Under the pieces are notes generated by a model, which was not told the origin of the DNA, did no database searches, and saw only the letters and a program-made list of their open reading frames with translations. 64,000 nt of DNA. It comes from Amoebidium appalachense (taxonomy: Eukaryota; Protista; Ichthyosporea). The position numbers were made by a program, and so were the translations under genes. The stretch's first letter is position 1; each line of letters starts with the position of its first letter. Shown one piece after another: positions 56,463-64,000 of this stretch. Location of the stretch: contig CAVNZM010000003.1 of NCBI GenBank assembly GCA_963693365.1, positions 3,543,106 to 3,607,105 of the forward strand. Reading direction: 5' to 3'.

Positions 56463-57311
56463 GTGTGTTTGTGTGCGCGTGTGTTTGTGGTAGGTGAAGA
56501 TATGAGAGGCATGGGGGGCGGGGAGTGGAGGGGGGAAGGGGAGGGGGGGTTGCTTATGAGGAGAAGCCGACTCATGTACTGCCTATCTACGTACACGTGC
56601 ACATAATTGTGCATGTGCATGCCTGTGCATTAGTGTGGTATGTTTGTCTGCAAATGTATGTATGTCAATGACTGGCAGAATGCTAGTACACCCATAAGGG
56701 AGGGAGGGGAGGAAAGGGGGGGGGGGGGGGGGGGGGGGGGGGTTGAATGCGTCAAAAAGTACGAAGTACACAAGAACAGACGGATAACAGGGGGGGGGGC
56801 AGTGCAAGAACGGGAAAGCACGAGACGAATGCAGTTTGAAGGAAAGGGTCACGGGCAGGAAGAGGTGGTAGAATAGCTGGTAGCAGACAGTACGACGCAA
56901 AGGGTACAGCGATGTGGATGCTAAAAAGATCGGGAACAGAAGCATTTTTGTGGGAAAGGGGGAAGGGGAAAAGGGGCAAATGGTGGGAGTGAGGAGAGGC
57001 GCGCAGGCAGAGGAGGGGGGGGTGGGGGAGTGTGATACCTAGCAGCTGGTTGTTCTTGTCACGGGACGCGAGGGGGAAGTCACGCTGCTTCTTCAAGTCC
57101 GTGCGGGATACGAGGGCAACAATGTTGAAGTTCTCATCAACAATGGGCAGCTTGCCTGCACACAGACACACATGTATACACAAGTGTCACTCCACTGGTT
57201 ACGTCGGGGCAGAAAATTCTGAAAATGTGCATTTAAACTATATTTGTTTCCCTAACACGAACCCCACCACCCCACCCCCCTCCTTCTCCTTGTTGGGTGT
57301 GTGTGTGTGTG

Positions 57312-57351
<40 letters not shown>

Positions 57352-58567
57352 GGAGAGAGAGCGCCGGGGGGAGGGGGGGGGGGGGGGGGGGGGACGCAGT
57401 GGACAGAATGTGAGAAGCATAAATTTGAAATCATGGCTTGATTGTCGATGACGTAAGAAACGGAAATGCCCCCACGGAGCTTGCTACACAAGCTATACAA
57501 GCGGATCCTCGTAAGGAGCCCAAAGCCATCCACAGCACCGAAGTCAACAGCCACACGCATCAAACCCAACTCAAGGGAAGGGGGGGGGGGGGGGGGGTTT
57601 GAATGCGTCATAAAGTACGAAGCACACAAGAAAAACGGATAACACGATGCAGAATGCAAACCATACATAAAGAGTATGCATAAAGGGGGGGGGGGGGGGG
57701 TACGCACCCTTGCGGCTCTTCTGCAGGAGGGCGTGAGCCTCTTTCAGGGTGACACCCTGGTGGCCAACCACAAGCTCATCGGCCTTAACCATCACCTGGA
57801 CGGGTATATGAAAGGGTTAATACCAAATATGATGCACCTATAGCAGGCACCTAAAAGAAGGAATAACTGCCATGTATAGACATCTTTTCTGAAAATAATA
57901 TGATGTCTGACGGACTAATTTACTATTAGTCCCGTTCTCAGGAGGTGATTGAAGTCGTCAACAGCACCCCCAAGTTTGATCCATCCACCTCGCACGCCAA
58001 ATGAGATACAGCTTCATTTATGTGGGTCGGTGACCAGTTCTCACCCACCAGGGAAGAGGGGGGTTTGGGGGGGGGGGGGGGGGGGGGGATAGAGCATAAT
58101 ACCACAGCACATAAGACACCCGGAAAATAAAGAAACGGTGCAACTATAGAATGTGGGTTTATGTAAACATAGCGACACAAGGTTAGGGTTGTGTCGACTC
58201 ACCTCAGAGAGGGAGGTCTCCCACTTTGTGCTGTCAACGAAGTCAATGTCACGGGAGGTGACAATGCCGAGCAGACGGCTGCCCATCTTGCCGTTCTCTG
58301 CAAATCGTAAATCAGAGTTAGTCGATTATGTAGATCATTATATGTCGTATGTATTTAAAAACGATACCTGCCATACATCATGCCCCCTCCCCCCCCCTCC
58401 CCCCCCCACACACACACACACAACACACAACACACATACACCCCCCACACACACAAACACACGCACAATAAGGCCCACCACCATGAACACACACAAGAAC
58501 ATGTTTGGACACGCACGCGCATGCACACACAAACACGGACACACAAATACAAAAACACACGAACAAG

Positions 58568-58616
<49 letters not shown>

Positions 58617-59406
58617 TGGCGCGCGCACACACGATTGCGCACGCACAACCACAACAAAAAAAGGTGGAGGATGGAGGCAGGGGGGGAAGGGAGGGCAGAG
58701 AGAGGGAGGGAGGGACGGATCTTTTTTATTCTTATTTTTTTTTTTTGGGGGGGGGGAGAGGGGGGGGGGGGGGGGGGGGGGGGAGAGAGAAAGGGACACA
58801 CACAAAGACCGTCCCGTAAACCAGCAAGATGATCAATTCACCACTAGCCCCGCTGAATGACACTTCGAACACATGGGCGCAGCTCTTCAGTGTGTAGGTG
58901 CACGCATTATGTTTCGTGTGTGCACACGTGTAAGGTGCATTAGTGTTATTCGTTGGTAGGCCGTATGGGGGAAAAGAGAATGGGGGGGGGGGGGGGGGGA
59001 GGGGGGAAAGGGGGGTTTTGAATGCGTCAAAAAGTACGAAGTGCACAAGAACAAACGGATAACACGATGCAGAATGCAAGCCATACATAAAGAGTATGCA
59101 TAATAAGCAGAGCCCATCCTCAGGGGGGGGGCACGTCATCCACAGTACCCGAGGATGAAGGGGGATTTGGGGGGATTTGTAAAATGGTTAAAGAACAAGA
59201 TAGGTGTGTGCTTCTGAACCGAATAAGCGCGTGTGTGTGTGTGTGTGTGTGTGTGTGTTGTGTGCATGTGTGTGTTGTGTGCACGTGTGTTGAGTGTGTG
59301 TGTCTGTAGTGTGCTTGTGTGGTTGGTTGGGTGGGTGAATGTGTGTACGTGCCCTAACGTGTGTGTGTAGTGTGTGTGTGTGCATGTGTGTGCGTGCACA
59401 CGCGTT

Positions 59407-59453
<47 letters not shown>

Positions 59454-61030
59454 GTGTGCCGGGGCACGCACATGTGTGTATGCATGCATGTATGCGCATG
59501 TGCATGTACCCTTGGTACACGTCGACATGGATGTTAGCCTTGCTTGCTTTTCATATACACACTCATACAAAAGACCTCTGTGTGGCTATTGCGACACGTC
59601 GATACATACCAGTGATGGGGATGCCACCGAACCCACGGGCAGCCTTAATATCCATTACATCACGAATTTTGTTGTGGGGGGCAAGGCAAATGGGGTCCAG
59701 GATGAACCCAGACTCGAATTTCTGCACATAACCACACAGGTAAGAGCGTGAAACGTATCACTTGGTAGAAAGTCTCGATGAATATAATGTAGTTCGGTGA
59801 CTTAGATGTAGCACGCATGGGAAAGAGGGGGAGAACTTTCCTGCCATTCATGGACAGCCATAGGGGCAATAGGGAGGAGGGAAAACAGGGTAAAGGAACA
59901 ATAGAAGCGGCGTAATACGAGGTACACTGTAGGTATGAAGACCATTATACACAAAAGAGCTGTTGTGGGTTTCGATGTTGGCCGTAGGGAAGAGTGGGCC
60001 CGAGGAGGGAGGAAGGGGGGTGGAGGGAGGTGTGTACTAACAGTCCCTATCCCAGACAAGAAAGCTCAGAGACTTGTCATATCCAGTAGTTGCGGCAAGC
60101 AGGGTTTTTAAGAGGGGCGCCGGGGGGGGGGGAAGGGGGGGGGAGAGGGGGGTGCATTTGAAACACGGCGGAGGGGCATTGGGATTTGGGTAAGGGGGAG
60201 GGGGAGGGGGGGAGTTATAATTGCAACACCCCTTATGTATACTCCGACTGCGCGTACTTTAAACATATCAAATAGAGTAGGGTAGGGATGGATGACACAC
60301 CTTGACCTTGCGAATCTGCTCTGCTTGGTACTCAGGAGTGCAGTTGTGGTGAACAATGCCGATGCCCCCAAAAAGCTGCAAGGCAAAACCAGGTCCGAAT
60401 TAGCAGCAAAGCAAACAACTCTTGTTTATAGTCCTGTGAATTTTTCTTTCAACTCGTCGTTGCCCCTGCTCTGTATGTGCGCTACAGCTGCAGGCTAATA
60501 TTAGTTGCCCTAATTGTGAAGCCCCACCACTCTATCTCCCTACACATTTCACTTCCATCCCCGTGCATCTCCGCACACACCCATGCTATGTCCCGTGTGT
60601 TTGGCAACACGTGTGAGCTAGCGTACATGATGCACATAATAACCAACAACTGCACACGTGTATCTACCATGACTCTTACTCTACGGTTTAGACCCTTACC
60701 GCCATGTTGATGGCCATGTCGCACTCCGTGACTGTGTCCATAGGTGAGCTCACAAGGGGTGTCTTGAGAGAAATTCTCTTAGTCAGCGGCGAAGTGAGGT
60801 CCTAGTGGGGATAGGGTAAGTGGACGCTGTAGTAGCGATGTGTACACGTGCGCAACTGTTCACTGGCACACTTGCAACAATCAATACCACACAGTCCCGG
60901 GAAGCGGAGACTGACCACACTTGCGCGCAAACGAGAACATGCAACTGAGAAGCGCAAAGGCAGCCAGGCGCACACACAAACGTCACACAGGCACTAAACA
61001 CGTGCACACACGAAGAAACGCCGTGGCCCA

Positions 61031-61102
<72 letters not shown>

Positions 61103-61416
61103 CAAACACACATATACACCCAAACACAGCTACACCACACGTCCCCATGCAACCCCAACACCGCCCGTCCCACACCTGATCACGTCCCAGCAGCCCGCAC
61201 ATCAGGCAGACTCACAGTCACGCGGGACAAACCGCACTCCAAAAATCACGAAGCTAGGAAGGTAATACGAACCACTTCACCAGCTGCAAAGTTGATGTAC
61301 CCAGGCAGGATGAGGAAGTCGCTGTAAGTCAGACCCAACCCCTCGTTGAAAAGCTCGGCGGCAGTGTGGCCGTCGGGGGGCACATAGCCAGTCTGCCCGG
61401 TGATAAGGTGCGACAT
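52864..61416 (-). CDS. IMPDH: Inosine-5'-monophosphate dehydrogenase (with CBS/Bateman subdomain), 12 exons
   Basis: Exon 1 from ATG 61416: [43 protein letters not shown]. Further exons: [15 protein letters not shown] (60.75k), [16 protein letters not shown] (60.35k), GFGGIPIT (59.6k), [12 protein letters not shown] (58.25k), GKLPIVD (57.15k), [12 protein letters not shown] (56.2k), catalytic [16 protein letters not shown] (55.0k), [20 protein letters not shown] (54.3k), [18 protein letters not shown] (53.5k). Last exon 52864-52885 YEKRLY*. Confidence 0.98.
56743..56789 (-). mobile_element. Poly(C)-associated element, subfamily B (terminal 47 bp only)
   Basis: TTGAATGCGTCAAAAAGTACGAAGTACACAAGAACAGACGGATAACA between G-runs. 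Confidence 0.8.
57598..57683 (-). mobile_element. Poly(C)-associated element, subfamily B (truncated)
   Basis: TTTGAATGCGTCATAAAGTACGAAG...AGAGTATGCATAA between G-runs, about 20 bp from an IMPDH splice donor. Confidence 0.8.
59016..59153 (-). mobile_element. Poly(C)-associated element, subfamily B (truncated)
   Basis: Matches 37211-37348, including GTCATCCACAGTACCCGAG. Confidence 0.85.
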
Positions 61417-62413
61417 TTTTAACGTGTTATAATAAGAGAAACTAAGAAGTTTTCTCTACTTTTCGTGACTTTTCAGCCTTGTTGCAGCCAAAAAGTCGTG
61501 TTTGTGTATTTCGCACGCAGCACTTCGCTTCCCGCCAGGATAATCTGGCGTCATTCCGGGGCAGGGCGGCGCTTTTATACCCGCGAGGTTTACACGTGCC
61601 ACCGTCTTCCAAATATGGAAGGCAAAGCGCGGGAAAATTCCAAATGGCAAACGGCAAAAGGGGTAATCACCAATCAAAACGCGCCGCTTCACAATTTGGC
61701 TCTACTGTGAGCCAATCAAATGCGCCTAAAGTGCAGGATGACAATTCTTTCTGTATCAGCATGCAAATACGGTACAATCTTCTCCGGGATTCTCTTTGCT
61801 GGCGGAATAAAAAACAGCAAGAAACTTGTGTGTTGTTTCCGGAGCAATGTAGCCTACTGCAGTTGAGCATCATATTATATCTGATTTGAACATATTTTAT
61901 TTGTTTTTGTTCCACTTGTTGTTACTATGACACGCGAAATCCACGAACATTGTTACTTGTGTGGTGCATTCCTCTGGAAATCAGTGTACCCCAGAAAACA
62001 CAGGAAATAGTGAACGTAAATAGCAAAACAAGCAGCACCCTACTACTTGAGACACAGTTTCTTCGCCCCTACTACTTGAGACACAGTTTCTTCGCCAAGG
62101 TTGAACATGCCGGAAGCCGTGAACACAGTGTGGGGGAAAAAAAAAAGAAAAAGAAACCGGCGTTCACATATAAAGCCGCCTTTAGTTTGACTTGTCCCTG
62201 TTTTCTGTTTTCTATCTCGGCGGGCTCAGCACAACATACTAAAGAACATTCGCTTTTGTAATTTTCGAACGTGCACCTGTTTTACAAGGACCCGATTGCC
62301 TATGTATTAGGATGATGACATCCCCATAACAATCTAAAGGAAAAGGTAGCTAGACAACACGCTTTTCCTGTTGAAGCCATACACTACAGAAGAAACTCGA
62401 CATAGACGGTAAC
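61417..62413. promoter_or_regulatory. Divergent promoter region between IMPDH and the Ctr gene
   Basis: About 1 kb between head-to-head ATGs, free of G/C tracts and microsatellites. CCAATC at about 61670 and 61712; CATATAAA at about 62167. Confidence 0.5.
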
Positions 62414-62582
62414 ATGGATCACAGTGGACACGGTGCGCACGCACACGCACAACACGCAAGTGATGCAGCCGCCGGTCAGAGTGTGGAAAGTGGGGGCGTG
62501 CACATGATGATGCAGATGGCCTTTAGCTCCAAGCTGCCTGTTACAATTCTGTTTGAACATTGGACTGTTGCCACTGACCAAG
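62414..62582 (+). CDS. Ctr (SLC31) copper transporter, first coding exon; gene is 3'-partial
   Basis: MDHSGHGAHAHAQH...HMMMQMAFSSKLPVTILFEHWTVAT has the His/Met-rich ectodomain and the MxMxF...ILFxxW signature of Ctr proteins. The GTTCGT donor at 62583 is the same hexamer as the IMPDH first donor. Later exons were not confidently found. Confidence 0.85.
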
Positions 62583-63796
62583 GTTCGTTTTTGTCTCTTT
62601 CTCCACCCAGAAACTTATGGCCGCTCGATACTGACTATGTGTTTACTGGGCCTTATAGGCGACCTTCTCGTTGTGCATGGGGTGGTATTTTCTGCTGGAG
62701 TTGATTATGTGCAAGTGCTTTTTTTCCTAAGATTAACTGTGCACATTCTTCTCTGCTGGTGTGGGCCTTTTTTTTCTTCAATGGTTTTCTTTCCTGCTTG
62801 CTCCTTTTGGATGGTTGCACCCCAAAGTGACACGGGTGCATAGCCATCCGTTAAGGGTTTTGTGCTTGTGTACCTGTTTAAATTTTGTTTGTGTGTGTGT
62901 GTCTGTTGGGGGGGGAGGGGGGAAGGGGGGGGAGGGAAGGTAGACAGATGCATGATAGAAAGGTTTATTCTGACGGGGGAAGAGTGATAGGGTAGGTTGT
63001 ACATGTTGGGGGGGGGGGGGGGGGGGGGGGGAGGGGGGAGGGGGGGGGGGGGGAGGGGAGAGAGACAGGGGAAGGGAAGAGGGGATGGTGGGGGACGGGG
63101 CGCTGGGGGGAGGGGGGGGGGGGGAGGAGAGGGAGAGAGCGAGGGGGTAAGGGGGGAAGGGGAGGGGGGGGGGGGGGAGGGGGGGAGTCTTAGAGGTGCG
63201 GAAATCTGTTGAGGCAGGGGGATAGGGTATGAGCTTGGTGGTAGGGTTTGGGGGTGGGGCGGAGTGGGCGAGGGCAACGGGGGGCGGGGGGGGGGGGGGG
63301 GGGGGGAGGGGGGGGGGGAAGGGGGGGGAGGGGGGGGGGGGGAGGAGGGGGGAGGGGGGAAGGGTGCAACGAGGAAATGAACCTCCTTAGCACACATGGT
63401 TATTGCTTCGGTATTTATTCTTCTTTGCCTTGTTTCGTCGGCTGGAGAGAGGGGGGGGGAGGGGGGAGGGGGGAGGGGGAGGGGGGGGAGGAGGGGGGGG
63501 GGGGGAGTGGGGTTGGTTACTGGAGATTCATATGTGGGAAGGGGTGAAGGGGATGGAATATGTCAATGGGTTATGGGGAGAAGAGGGGCTAGTGAATCAA
63601 GGGTTTTGTGTGTGTATGTCTGGAGGGGTAAGGGGGGAAAGGGGGGAGGGGAGGGGGAAGGTGGGGGAGGGGGGGGGGAGGGGGTTAGTTGCACGTAGTG
63701 GTGAGAAGGTAGAAGCATTATCTTTTGGAAAGGACACTGTTGTCCAGTTCATGTGTGGGGTGGTCTTCTTTCATTCATGCTTTCGTGTTTTGTTTC

Positions 63797-63871
<75 letters not shown>

Positions 63872-64000
63872 CTGAGGGAGGAAGGGGGGGCGGGGGGAGT
63901 GTCGGTATTTGCAAAGGAGCTATATGGTTTTCTGTGTATGTTTTTTTTTTTTTTTTGGAACGGGACAGGGAAGGGGGGGAGGGAGGGATGGGGGGGGGGG

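Overview
Eukaryotic genomic DNA. It is probably from a unicellular opisthokont or holozoan; this is inferred only from the animal-like IMPDH N-terminus and the gene set. Genes are intron-rich, and the introns are packed with poly-G/poly-C tracts and (CA)n/(GT)n/(GA)n microsatellites, so almost all listed ORFs are repeat artefacts. Splicing exons by hand gives six genes: the 3' part of a short-chain dehydrogenase (+), a UNC-93-like MFS transporter (+), an SLC36/AVT3-type amino acid transporter (-, 19 coding exons), a BAR-PH-ArfGAP protein (-), IMP dehydrogenase (-) and the first exon of a Ctr copper transporter (+). The non-genic highlights are: (1) about 20 copies of a multi-subfamily, non-coding, 5'-truncated element that almost always ends at a poly(C) tract, stacks into its own tracts, lies sense to host genes and has a covarying pseudoknot-like core; (2) a 1.85-kb foldback element next to a 330-bp hairpin element; (3) two inverted ACTAGT-core minisatellite arrays bracketing three exons; (4) 3' splice sites preceded by (CA)n instead of a pyrimidine tract; (5) decayed copies of exon ends inside adjacent introns.
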